DNA of 64,000 bases, from contig OZ176060.1 in NCBI GenBank assembly GCA_964247055.1, forward strand, positions 434,001 to 498,000, given 5' to 3'. A program made the translations under genes and the position numbers. Positions 39,640 through 51,929 of this stretch are shown piece after piece. The notes under the pieces were generated by a model that saw only the letters and a program-made list of their open reading frames with translations, did not search any database and had not been told where the DNA came from. Source of the DNA: Paragordius varius. Its lineage: Eukaryota > Animalia > Nematomorpha. The first letter of the stretch is position 1; every line of letters starts with the position of its first letter.

Positions 39640-40210
39640 GTAATATTTTCGAATAATCTTTCGTTTTTGAAGTGTGCTATGATTCAAATGCGCCCACCGA
39701 TTGGGATAAGGAAAAACCTCGTCAAATTAACCGGAAAGTAATACTGTGATGTGACGATATTTTTCAATCTTAATATTGTATGCTTCGTGGTCTATGGGGT
39801 TGAACCCGTTCTCGTATTATGTAACTATCAGATGAATGATAAAAACCTTTTTTTGCCCCATGTTACTAAGAGATATCTAGTCAAAGTCTTGAATTTGATT
39901 TTAGGCGGATATTAGTCGGGCATTGGATGGGGGAATATTTTTATTTGATGTGATGACGCGACTGTAAAATTTTCAAATAATCTTTCGTTTTTGGAGTCTG
40001 GATAAGGCACTTGTTGCCAACTGCCACTAAGAGATTGGGTCAAAGTCTTGAAGAGTCTTGAAGAGTTTAATTTTCGGATATTAGTCGTAGAATAAATGTG
40101 AGGTTTTGTTTTATTTGTCGCACAATGTTAGCCTGTCTCGCAAGTTAATTAATCTACTACTGTTGGGGCAGAACCCAATAAAGCTTTAAATTAGGTTTGG
40201 TTAAAAACTT
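39640..40210 (-). pseudogene. Two partly duplicated RLE-domain remnants of the same family as 8888-9870
   Basis: DNA similarity to 9292-9880. Fragments NIVRQIKQNL, LISEN*TLQDSSRL*PNLLVAVGNKCLI, YENG..HEAYNIKIEKY and VGAFES. Confidence 0.75.
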
Positions 40211-40214
40211 GGCT

Positions 40215-41270
40215 TTCCTTTTGGTTGAAGTTGATTACAATTTATTAAATAAATAATATAAATATTTTAAATACATTTGTAAAAGAAAAGGCAAATACTG
40301 GATATACATATAATACGTAGCAAAGTTAATACTCATTGTGAAAAAATGATATATATATATATATATTAATAAGAGGAGAAAGAAGACAAAGCGTGAATGG
40401 GATATTGCAAAGGAAACATATCACATATTTTGTTGTTATATAAATGCTTAGTGTTTAAATAAATAAATATGTATGAGTTATAAGGAGTAACAAGGAGGGA
40501 TGGAATGGGAGATTGCATAGGACTAATTTTGACTGAACACGGTGGCTGATTGACGGCTGAGGCAACTAAGGGAATTTCAGGTTGAGGTTGAACGTTTCTG
40601 CTGATGAACAGATGGTAGATGTCGCAGGAGGCTTTGAGAACTTCTGCGGTGAGTTCTTGCTTAAAACGGGTAGGGTATTTTAAACCAAGTGCATCGGAAA
40701 GCTTGTCATTTCGGGGGTACCAGGATCCTAGAGCTCCTATCACAACTGGGATAATTTCAACGTTAGAATATTTTTCAGAGAAGGAGCATATCAAATAATC
40801 TTATTTTGTGAGCTTGGTGTCAAATACGTCGTCCAAAGATGATACTCTGTTCTCATAGGGGATTGTGGGGTCGATAATGTAACAATTGGTATTTTCAGTT
40901 ATCACTAGGTCGGGTCGTAAGTTTTAGTCATCAACCTTTTGAATTTAAAATATAATAGAGAGTATTTTGAATATGGATTTAATATACTCTACAACTTTAT
41001 TGTGGCGCTCGGTGACAATACCTGTGTCTAACACTCAGTGATTTATTACATGCGATCCAGATTGAATCCGGTTCTTTCACCTTCTGCAAGATGTATAGTC
41101 AAACCTTCCCGGTTTGCTGTTAAGAGGGAGAAGGTTCAGTCTGGCCCTATGAATAAATCTCCAATCCTTAAACCTCAGGTTTTTGCCTGAGAATAAGGAA
41201 TGTGAAGATTTATCCAAGGCCACACATTCCATTATTCTTCCTTGGTTTAAAAAGAAAAATAGGAGTCTTC
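40215..41270 (-). mobile_element. 5'-truncated NeSL/Utopia-like retrotransposon, second subfamily (knuckle and RLE, decayed)
   Basis: NQGRIMECVALDKSSH..LRFKDWRFIHRARLNLLPLN..CRR*..HVINH*..ERHNKVV; LRPDLVITENTNCYIIDPTIPYENR; VVIGALGSWYPRND. Confidence 0.88.
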
Positions 41271-42526
41271 TTGGTTATTTTTTGAAAAAAATGGAATTAA
41301 TTTAGATGATTAAATTATTAGAAATTTTTTTTTATTTAGCCAAAAATTTATTTATCTGAGGTGACTTAAATCCACTGATCGGTAATAGATTAGTAATATT
41401 ATTATGATTATAATCTTATGCTTCCTAACTTTAGAAAAGTAAAAAAAGGGTATTTATTTACACAGTTAATTTATTTTTACCCCTAATTATTATATAATTT
41501 GTTTCATAGTTAAGAATATGCCATCTGTTTAATTTAAGGGTAATATACGGCAATATGCCATCTGTTTAATTAAAGTAAGGGTAATATACGGCTTTGCTAT
41601 TTTCAATTTAAAATACTTGCTAAGATTTAGATATAATAGGTTTGCTTGTTATGTAGTATAATCTGTCTGAAAATTGTTACCCGTTTTTTTAAATTAATTT
41701 TCTGGAAAGGGTATAAAAACGCTTTAAGAAAAACTTTTTCCAAATAATTCAATAGTAATCAACATTTCCAACAGTTAAGAATTTTAATCAGAAAACTTCG
41801 TTTGCTTTCAAATTTTTGGGATTGTGAAAAAAATTATATACAACTTCAAATAGATCTTTTAATGGAAATTCTGCCGTGATAATGTTTAACATCATGCAAT
41901 TATTTAGAAAAAGTGTTTTATATTATCCTAAATAGACTTTTTCGATCATACCTCAAAAATAGCATTAAGTACGCTTTAACAAATAAAATTAGATTTTTAA
42001 AAATGAAAGTTGTAAAAATTTTTTATAAATATAGTCAGTATCATAATTTATAATTTAAATGTGTTATCGGCGTTTATTTCAAAGGGACTAGCCCATTTAA
42101 GAAGCGTGAAAAAATTTGGGACTTTCGGAGCCACATCTTATAAAAAATTCTAAAAATTCAGTTTTGCTTTTTAAATTTAAATTATGGTATAACCAAAATT
42201 ATGTGCGCAAATTATGAGTTTATCTGATATTGAGAACTCACAAAAGAAACAATTTTCTTATATCACTCCTAAGAGCTTAACCAAGAGTATTATGTTAATC
42301 CTGATATATTTGCTTATCAGAATAATTATATTACATTAGGATTTTTGTGGGAAACTGTTATTATCAATAACTATAACTGTTACAATATTTAAATTAGCTG
42401 TTAACTTTTAATAAAAACTTCTTATTAAAGAAGAGTGGGCAAACCACAAAAGTATAAACAACTTTTTTCACTTGTAAGGGCTAAAATCAAAAGAAGCATT
42501 ATGAAAATCCTGATATTTCTATCAGA

Positions 42527-42565
<39 letters not shown>

Positions 42566-44521
42566 TATATACTGGAAAATTGAAATTATACATATATATA
42601 CATTCAGGAATTGAAATCATACGGACAAAATGCAAAAATATCAAGGCAATTTTTTTTCAAACGACAACCATACTTTTTTAAACCTTAATTTATCCTATTA
42701 ATAACAATCTTAAAATATATTATAGACTGTCCAATTAACATTTCTATATTATACTTGTAAGTTAAAAACAATGAATTATATAAAATGTCTAGATTAAAAA
42801 AGTATTTTTTTCTTATTAAATAAAGTATTTAAATTTATATTTTCGTTTGTCCGTATAACAATTTTTACTGATATTTCATCAGGTTATTTTATATCCCCGA
42901 TTTTTGACGGAGTGTAATACAAATAATACAAACTATAAGAAATTATACACGATTCTTTATTTACTAATAAATTTAATTTTTAATCCATTAAATATATTTT
43001 TTAGGCAAAATTTTTACTATAGGAAATTGTTCATTTAGAATATATCTATATAGCAAACGTAAGTACCCAATAATATTAAACAATTTATGCTATATTATCA
43101 ATAGTTAACTAATATTCACATTTATTTAAAATATATTTGTGCCTTATAATAACTGTATTATATAGTTACCAAAAGATATTTTTAGCCATCTATTTAAACC
43201 AAAATTAAAACTAATCGGACAAAACAATATAATGACAATTTTTCATAAAAGATAACCATAATTTTTTTAGAATCTATTTTTCCCTATATAAATTAATTGT
43301 GTAACCCATACACAACTCCTATTTCAACTTTGTAATATATAACAATCATGAATTTTCAAATATATTAGGTATCCAAAAGTACATAGTCAACAATAAAGTG
43401 GGTACTGTCTATACTAAGTTTTTCTTTAATTAACAAATAGGCTCTACGGTTTAATCGGGGTTTACGCTTTTTCAATGAAATCAACTGAGGGTTCAACTGC
43501 AGATTGAAAAATAGATTTATTGGTAACACAATCAATTGTGTATTTAACAATTCTAATCATATATACGATAAATTTGATTCTAAATTATATAGTTTGTCTT
43601 TTGAAAAAATTGTCTTTATATGTTCACGTTTTGTCCGTATTCAATTTTTACTGTCCAGTAGTCACTTTATTGATGGCTAATTAGCAATACAGTAGTGTAG
43701 AATATAAAACAAATCTTGTCCATAAATTGATAAACAAAATTAATGTTGTGATATAGGAAAAATATATATTTCACACCGTTTGTTGTTTTTTATTCATATA
43801 TTACTGTAATGCCAACTGGCCAAAAATAATGCGAAGTGGCCAACAATAAAAAGGGTACTGTATATACTCTAAGTTTTCTATCTATATAACAAATAGGCTA
43901 TACGGTTTAATCGCGAGCCACGCTTTTTTATTGTTATCAGTTTGAACCTATCAGCCAATTACGTTTTAATCTTTGAAAGAACGAATCTTAAAATATGTAT
44001 TTGATTGTGTTACCAATATACAGGTCTATATTACGCTTAGTTTAAAACAATTAGTTATATTATGAAGGTTTAGTATGGTTATTTTTCAAAAAAAAATGTT
44101 CTTTTTATATTTTTCGTTTTGTTTCTATTTCAATTTTTATATTTTGACATTGAGAATATATCTCCTGCTAACAAAACTCTTAATTTATTGATTTTGGCTA
44201 AATTTTTATATAAGGAATATTTTAATTAATAATTATTCATGCTAACAAATAAATTTATCCGATTTTATAAATAGATGGCAATATATTGAAATATATCTCT
44301 CTTTGAAGAATGTCAATATTAGACTTAAATTGATAATTTTTAATATGCTTAATTATTGTCTTATTCGTATCGCTCTCGAATTATTTAAAAAAATGTCATA
44401 TAAAAACATTAATTTAATAAAATTGTAATATATTCTGCTTTTATCATCGTTTGTGAAGTCCTCATACTTTAACAAACTATTTCTAATTTTTGGTTAACAT
44501 TACACTTAATATAAAAAAACA

Positions 44522-44553
44522 CTTCGGCCTCTTGGCTAAGATCAAAGTGTCGT
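44522..44553 (+). ncRNA. U2: 5' fragment of U2 snRNA (not a full gene), attached to a retrotransposon 5' end
   Basis: CTTCGGCCTCTTGGCTAAGATCAAAGTGTCGT matches the U2 5' end (CUCGGCCUUUUGGCUAAGAUCAA(A)GUGUAGU). The match stops in the branch-point pairing region. Confidence 0.85.
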
Positions 44554-45715
44554 CCCTTCTTACCTTAAATTCTTAATAAAATTAATTAAACTTGATCTTA
44601 TGCCATCTTTTATACTTTTACAAAATTTAACTATCCTTCTTTAATTCATTGCACTTTCATACCTTTTTTTGTAATTTTTGTGCCTTTTTAAATCTCTCCC
44701 CCCTTTGGTAAAGTTCGCGCCCCTCTTAATTGTTTCTTGTTTACCCCCTTTTTTAAAATTTCGCGCGCCTCTTAATTGTTTTTTGTTTACCCCCTTTTTT
44801 AAAATTTCGCGCTTTTCCTAACCTTTTTCTAACGGCTTTTTGTTTATTTCCCCCCTTTTTTAAATATTCCCTCCCTTTTGCTTTAAATTCGCGCTTTGGC
44901 CATTTTTTTAAACGGTTTTTGTTAACTTTCTCCATTTTTGTTAATTGTTATTTGAAATTCGCGCCTCTCTTTATTATCTTTTATTCGCATGTTGTTTTTA
45001 CTCTTAATTGTGTGTCTCTGAATTCCCGGCCCCCTTTGGCTATATTAATTATCCGGGTGATTAGGACTTTATTTATTTCCATTCTTTAATCCTTTGATCC
45101 ATCTAAATTTCTTTCCAATATTATACATTGTTTATTTTTATTTTAGATATGATATCTACCAACATTATTAGCTCCAACAACATACAAATCATGTCTTCCC
45201 CTTACAATAAGTGATTATGATAATCGACTAGTGTACTGCAAGACAACCTTCTGCCATACCTCTGTCACCACGGTCAATTCTCAAAGCCATCCATCATACT
45301 GCTTCAACCCGTTCACAGCTCCTACATATGAATTGGCTCTTTCTATGAACTCCAATAGCCATCTATCCGTTCATCCCAAATTTATGTCAACGTGCCCTCA
45401 ACTACCAATCAAGCCAAATCTCCCAGCTCAAACATTAAACGCAAGACCATCCTTGATCTTGACCATCCAGCCAGCAAAATGCTTAAGATAAATAATAATG
45501 ATGATGATAATGATGGCGACCTATTGGAGGTGATGCTACATCAACCTACCCTGCAAGACATAACCCTATCTTTTTAATTTTCACGGCCTGACCATTTCAT
45601 ATGTCCGTTTAAATCTTGTAATCCTCAGTTTCGTTGTAAATCCTGGACTGCTCAGAGACAGTCTCTTCTACGTCATATTACGCTGGTCCATAAAGAACTA
45701 ATCAAAATAGTTAAT
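44554..45715 (+). mobile_element. 5' part of a Utopia-like (U2-targeting) non-LTR retrotransposon: 5' UTR and decayed ORF start with a C2H2-like finger
   Basis: Directly follows the U2 fragment. Pyrimidine-rich UTR with ~45-bp repeats, candidate ATG at 45149, and HFICPFKSCNPQFRCKSWTAQRQSLLRHITLVHKE at 45593-45697, resembling NeSL/Utopia N-terminal fingers. Confidence 0.75.
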
Positions 45716-46058
45716 ATTTGCATTTTTAATATTGCAAAGTATTAATTAGATATATCTACCATCGTTATTAAATAGCTTATGGAGGAAAAATTAAGGTTTA
45801 AAAAAGTATGGTTGTCTTTTGGAAAAAATATATGTCTTTTTATTTTTACGTTTTGTCCGTATAATTTCAATTTTTACTGTGTTAAGAATAAATAATTTTT
45901 TAGTGAGTTTAATTACAGGTCATATTTGCAAAGTTAATAATTAATTATATAATCATTAATATTTATGTCTATTAACTTGATTTTAAACCATTTTGTTGGG
46001 CTGTGTAGATTTTTCATCATTTATAAATTATTTTTTATAAATGAAACATATATTTTAG

Positions 46059-46915
46059 ATTTTGGCGACTCGACCTACAAACTTTGGTGTGATCTCTATA
46101 CTAAGCTTTATAAAGTAGAACTCAAAAATCACAAGAAACGTATATTGATCGATATAAACCGGCCTCATTTCTTGATTTATTGGAAAATAAAGATTTCACA
46201 AACGATGATTTACGGATAATTCTGAACGCTTCTTTATATAACCTTTGTTATTTAAGGGAACATAAAAGCGAATATACCTTACAAAATAATAATTCAAATG
46301 ATGAAAACACCGAAACCATCAAAGATACCCTAATAATTAATTTAATAGGAGAACAGACGGAACCTTTAGATCTTTCGCTACAAAAACCACCAAAAACAAA
46401 AAATAATCAATTTCGACCAAATGTGCATTTTTGCAAAAATGAGAGTGATAATAATTTTAATAATGTAAAGCCTGAAAATATGAAAAATCCTATAGAGCCC
46501 GGGAAAAATGTCTGAATGTATGCAATGTAACAAAAAATATAAAGAGCGGGATTAGTTTATCATAATAAATCTGTTCATGAACGAATTAAACGTGTAAGAT
46601 ATGTTGTAAAATGTTTTCCAGAAGCCATCTTGCTAGGCACATATATTCAGTTCATGAGAAAATTAAACATGAATGTCCGATTTGAAAAAAAGAATATACT
46701 CAAAAATGCTATCTTGCAACACATATTCAATCTGTACATGAACAAATAAAACATCCATGTCCCATTTGTAAATACGAGTTTTCACGAAAAGAAAGTCTTG
46801 GAAGGCACATAAAATCTCTTCATGAACAAATTTAAAGTGAATGTCCGATTTGTAATAAGAAATATGCCAAAAAAAACTATCTTGCAAAACACATAAAATC
46901 AATTTTCCAAAAATA
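46059..46915 (+). pseudogene. C2H2 zinc-finger gene with PLDLS motif (copy 2, multiple frameshifts)
   Basis: FGDSTYKLWCDLYTKLYKVELKN; EQTEPLDLSLQKPP; decayed fingers (HPCPICKYEFSRKESLGRHIKSLHE). Confidence 0.85.
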
Positions 46916-48713
46916 TTGCGAGGTATTAACAATAAAGTCGGTACTGTATATATACTCTAATTTTTCATATAACAAATAGGTTCTACGGTAATCGGCATGC
47001 CACGCTTTTTCAATATAATTGTCAGTTTAAACTTTACAGAATATTACGTTTCACTCGTAAAAAAAACCATTAAGCATTAAGAAATAAATAAAATATTTGC
47101 ATAAAAATTCAAAAATAAGATAAATAAAATGATTTATATATTTTTGGCCATATAGGTGTATATAGTTCAGAAAAAGGGAACTTATAAATACAAAAACAAA
47201 GTTGTGTATATAATAATTTTCACAGATTTTTTGATTCTTTAATAATTGTATTAAAGGTGTATTTTTGGTATATTAAACATAGGAATAAGAAATATTAAAA
47301 ATGAAATATATCCATATATAATTCAAACTACAATAATCTCTCATATACATATAAAATTGAGATTATACAGACAAAATTAAAATGTTAAAACAAACTTTTT
47401 AAAAGTGTTTTCCTTAATAAATCAAATTTAAGATTGAAATAGAGACATGTAATATGGTAATTAATCTATTATGTAATTACAATTGAATTAATAATTATAC
47501 AGATAAAAGTAGGATTTTCATAATAAATTGTCTTTTCGTTTTGTCTGTAAAATTTTAAATTTTAATAACTATATCAAATATATTGAATAACCTATCAATC
47601 TCATATACAAAATATTGTTGGTTTTTAAAAATTAAAATCTGTATTGTAATGTTTAAATTATGTGGTCTAATATTATTTTAAGATTTATTAAGACTAACGT
47701 GTAATTTATATTATATATAAAATAATAATAATTGAAAGTATACGGACAAAACACAAAAATAAATATTGTTTTAAAATTTTTCCTTTTAAATTGAAAAGTA
47801 TAAAAAAGAGATGTATATTGGACATCAACTATTTATTTTACAATTATAATTAGATTTAAGATAAAAAACCTGTTAAATAAAAAATAGATGTAATTTTTGA
47901 AAAATTATCCCTATATTTTTACGTGTCGGTATAATTTAACTGTAAATAGATGGCTTATGAACTTTCAAATTTATATTCAAAAAAGTAAAATTTATCAGTA
48001 AAGTGCATATTACATTTTTATTAGCGCAAATATATTTTAAATAAAATTAGTGATTAATTAACTTTGGATATGGTATAAATTGTTTTATATTAATGGGTTC
48101 TTACGTTTGCTTTTTGTACACCCGTTTTTTCATGAATTAAAATTTTTGCCTAAAATACTTCCTGAAAAAATTTAATATAATTTAAATCATTTCATTATTG
48201 TAATAAATTAACACAATAAGTGTAATTTATTTTAGTAATAATATTTTTATTGGTATTTTATATAAGTATCATTTTTTATAATTTTATAGCCACTATTTAT
48301 CATGTTTCGAATAAAGTTCAAATATTTTCTCTAATAAATACTCTATTTATATAATTCAAATGATATAATTTTCAATTTCAGTTAAAATTAAAATTATACC
48401 GACAAGGGGTAATATCATAAAACCATTTATTATTAAAAGACAATGATACTTCAAATTCTATTAAAATAATTTAATTACAATCGTATACTACATACTTGTT
48501 TATATTAATTTACATCTTTATTTCCTACTTTATAATATAAAAGAATGAGTTATCATTATAAAAATAAAATTCAAAAAAAGTATGGCAGTCTTTTAAAAAA
48601 ATAATTGTCTTTTTATTTTTACGTCTCGGTAGTTTCAATTTTTACTGTACTTCTACCGAATAACTCTAATATCAGGGATAATATTTGTTGATAAAATATA
48701 TCAATATTTTTAG

Positions 48714-49184
48714 AAAATCACAAATTTTTTAGCGGAAAACGCCATCTTTATGGTAAATATTTAACATATTATGGAAATTATTTCTTTTAGCCTACCTTTG
48801 CAATTAGAAGTTATAGTACTTCCTATCAAGCATAAGGTGGCTTTATGAAACGAAAATTTAAAGGGGACAGTGTTTACCACGTGTCATAGTGTGAGACGCG
48901 TTTCGTCCTTTTTGTGGACTCATCAGCCACACATAATGAGCACGGGTAAACACTGTCGTTAAAAGTTTGTATATATACTGAGTATTTTAAAATTTTAAAC
49001 CAATTACAGTTGGTGAAAGAGAAAACAGAGAACTTTAGCCCGGAGAGGGCAACTGATTGTACTTAGATTAAGCCAATTATCATATCTCCTTTTTATCCAT
49101 TAGCCAGGATGGGGCTTATATGAATAAAAAATCACAAATTTTTTTTAGCGGAAAACGCTATCTTTATAGAAAATATTTAACATA
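48714..49184. repeat. ~55-57 bp direct repeat (48714-48768 and 49128-49184) bracketing the ribozyme-containing segment
   Basis: AAAATCACAAATTTTTTAGCGGAAAACGCCATCTTTATGGTAAATATTTAACATA vs AAAATCACAAATTTTTTTTAGCGGAAAACGCTATCTTTATAGAAAATATTTAACATA; offset 414 bp. Confidence 0.85.
48866..48957 (-). ncRNA. Type I hammerhead ribozyme (minimal stem III, Penelope/retrozyme type)
   Basis: Minus strand: ...TGTGTGG-CTGATGA-GTCC-ACAAAAA-GGAC-GAAA-CGCG-TC-TCACAC... Complete core (CUGAUGA, GAAA, GUC triplet), 4-bp stem II, and stem I extended by a perfect 13-bp helix GACAGTGTTTACC/GGTAAACACTGTC. Confidence 0.88.
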
Positions 49185-50606
49185 ATTGTTTTTGAAATAT
49201 TTTATCGTTTAAATATAATTTTTTAAAACTAACTACTTTATAATTTTACATTTAAAAATATTAAATATATTTTAAAACTTATCTTATATAAAATTGTATT
49301 TTATTTTAAATTTTTAATTAATCTCGATAATTTATTAATAATTTAAATAAATCATATTAGATTATGTTGAAAAAACTTTTTTGATAAAAAATTGTATTTT
49401 TAATTACAGTAATAATGTCATTTTTTATTACTGAGAGAAAACAATATAACAATCCTTTGTATTGACATCAATATTATTATTGAAAAAATCTTCTTAGAAG
49501 ATAGCATAATATAAAGCAGGGGGACCAACACGCGCCCCTTCAAAACTTTATGTGCGGACAGCGAAAAATTTGAAATCTATAATTTGCAAAAACTTGTTCA
49601 CAAAATCCAGAAATTTTGATAATTACACTTCTTTATACGAGAAATATTGTTGCCCTCCGTTCTCTTAATCGGAAACGTAAATTTCATATTTTTAAATGTT
49701 TTTAGATATTAAATAGGCAGCGCATATTAGTTTTGAATTTATAATGAAAATGAGTTATATTTATTCACTACTATCTTTGTTTTATTGATAAATTATATAA
49801 TTTCAAAGCAGTTAATTTATTTTATTTCTTAATACAGTTTTAATTGATATACAGACAACTTAAAAATATGAAAACAAATATTTTTTACTAAGTTGTTTTT
49901 TGAGCTCAATATATTAATTCTTTGGTTAAAAATTGCAAAGTAGGTAAAGTTTATGCTAAACACAATCATTACAATTTTCACAATTGCAACAATACAATTT
50001 AAATGCAAAAAATGTTTATAGGATATCTTTTGAAAAATTCTTTAATTTTTTACATTTTGGTGTATAATCATGATTTATACTAATTATAAAAAAACTCCCC
50101 CTATGTTGCTATTGATACCCAAATATGGACAAAAACAGCATTTTAACAAAATATATTTTTCGGATGTTTCTTAAAAATGTGTATATTTTTTATGCGAAAT
50201 TGCTTTTAAAATAAAGCTCGAAGTCATTCAAAATTTAATTAAATGTTTTTCGACTTTTATTTTATGAATTCTAGCTTAATATAAATGAAATACATGGTGA
50301 AATAAACTAAATTTCTATTATAATTGCACAAGATATAATGATAATTCAAAAAAATGTATTTATTTCATAAAAATATCAATATTCAATTTTTTCTGTTATT
50401 GTAAATGGTGAGTTAATATTATAACATATGTTTTTTTACATTCCTAGCGAGTTTTGTTTTAACGAATTAATATATATTATAAATACATACTAAACATTAA
50501 GATGGCATATTCAGCTATTTTATATTCATATTATCTAGTCAACTTAATATCTGATATAATAAGATATATTACGGAAATGATACTGCATATATCAGAAAAA
50601 TAGAGT

Positions 50607-50637
<31 letters not shown>

Positions 50638-51929
50638 TTATGAAGGTAATTTTTATCAAAGATAATCATGACGGTATTTTCATAAACAACTACTATGCTT
50701 CTAAAATAAAAACGTTATTTGAATCCTAAATTTAAATATATTTTCACTACAATTTGTATCCATGCAAAAATATTACTAACATATTTGCATAATTACCAAC
50801 ACATATAATAATACTCGACTACAGCTATCGTGAAATTTGGCTTGAAGCACCAAATAAAGTCAAATTATGTCAAAGATAATAATTAGAATTTACGTAAAAA
50901 TTATGACCTTCTTAACAGTTTTTAACAATTTCACTTTAGTTATAGAATTTTCAATTATGTAAATTTAATTTTTAGGAAAATTTTGTAATTTAATTGCTTC
51001 AGTTATATCTGAACATCCTCCCTTAGTATATGTAAATAAAAAGAAGCTTATGGTTAAGATACTAAGTGTAAAGTAACATTTCTGAAACAACTTTTTTTGA
51101 CATACCATTGAAAGATTAATTTAGCATCTTTCTTTTTACAAATGCATGACCGGTTATATTATAAATTAATAATATAGATGGCGGTTTTTTATAAGGGACA
51201 GCCATATATTTAATATCTTTAACTAAATATAATTTAATTGATTTAACTAAAAAGTTGATCTTTACAGGGTTAAAAATAGCAACTTTCTTATATCCATAAA
51301 GATTATAATCATTAAATATTTTTCAAATATAAATACTATACTATCGCCGATATGGCTCTTAAAGTCTCTTAGATATTTTTAATTTTTGGCTATAAATATA
51401 TATTTCTTTAATATATCATTTTGGGGTAATTTCATACTCCAAGGCCCTTAATAATTTAATACCTTAATAAATATTTTTAGCACTGGGCTCCTTTTCAATA
51501 TATGCCTTTTAGTATGATGCATTTTTTTTACAACATCTCAAACTTTTTCGCCGCTATTTTTTTATATCTTTTAAAATGTCAACCATACTTATTTTTAATT
51601 ATATATATATATATATTCTATCCATGTTAAATCAATTTATCCGATTTCATAAATAGATGGCAAATATATCGATGTATATTTTCCCTTAGGCCATGTCAAT
51701 ATTAAGATTTTTTAATAATCTCATTCTCTGACAAATTATTTTTAATTTTTGGCTAACATTACACATAATATAATATATAAAAAATTAAATATAATGTGCT
51801 AAATGACTGAAAAAATATAATTTATTTAAATATATTATCAATTTTAATGAGATTATCATGTCCGCAATATTCATGATCCTGCAACTCATTCATTAAATTA
51901 TAGGCCGCATTAGTGTTTATTTATATATA

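Noticed and set aside
39790-39815. tRNA T-loop-like GGTTCAACCCC on the minus strand
   Set aside because: It lies within RLE coding sequence (YENGFNPID) and no cloverleaf can be formed.
41020-41100. Alternative genetic code (TGA at both expected Cys of the CCHC knuckle; some TAA/TAG at likely Gln positions elsewhere)
   Set aside because: The same element and its neighbours have other stops and frameshifts. The sister element at 10747-11289 uses TGC/TGT for these Cys and appears to end with TAA. Ordinary decay explains it.
44753-44935. Lys/Arg-rich minus-strand ORF
   Set aside because: Antisense reading of pyrimidine-rich UTR repeats with no recognisable domain.
45020-45065. Possible HDV-like ribozyme in the Utopia-like 5' UTR (CCCGG...CCGGG hairpin)
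   Set aside because: I could not build the nested double pseudoknot by eye, and it is about 470 nt from the 5' junction. A covariance-model search is needed.
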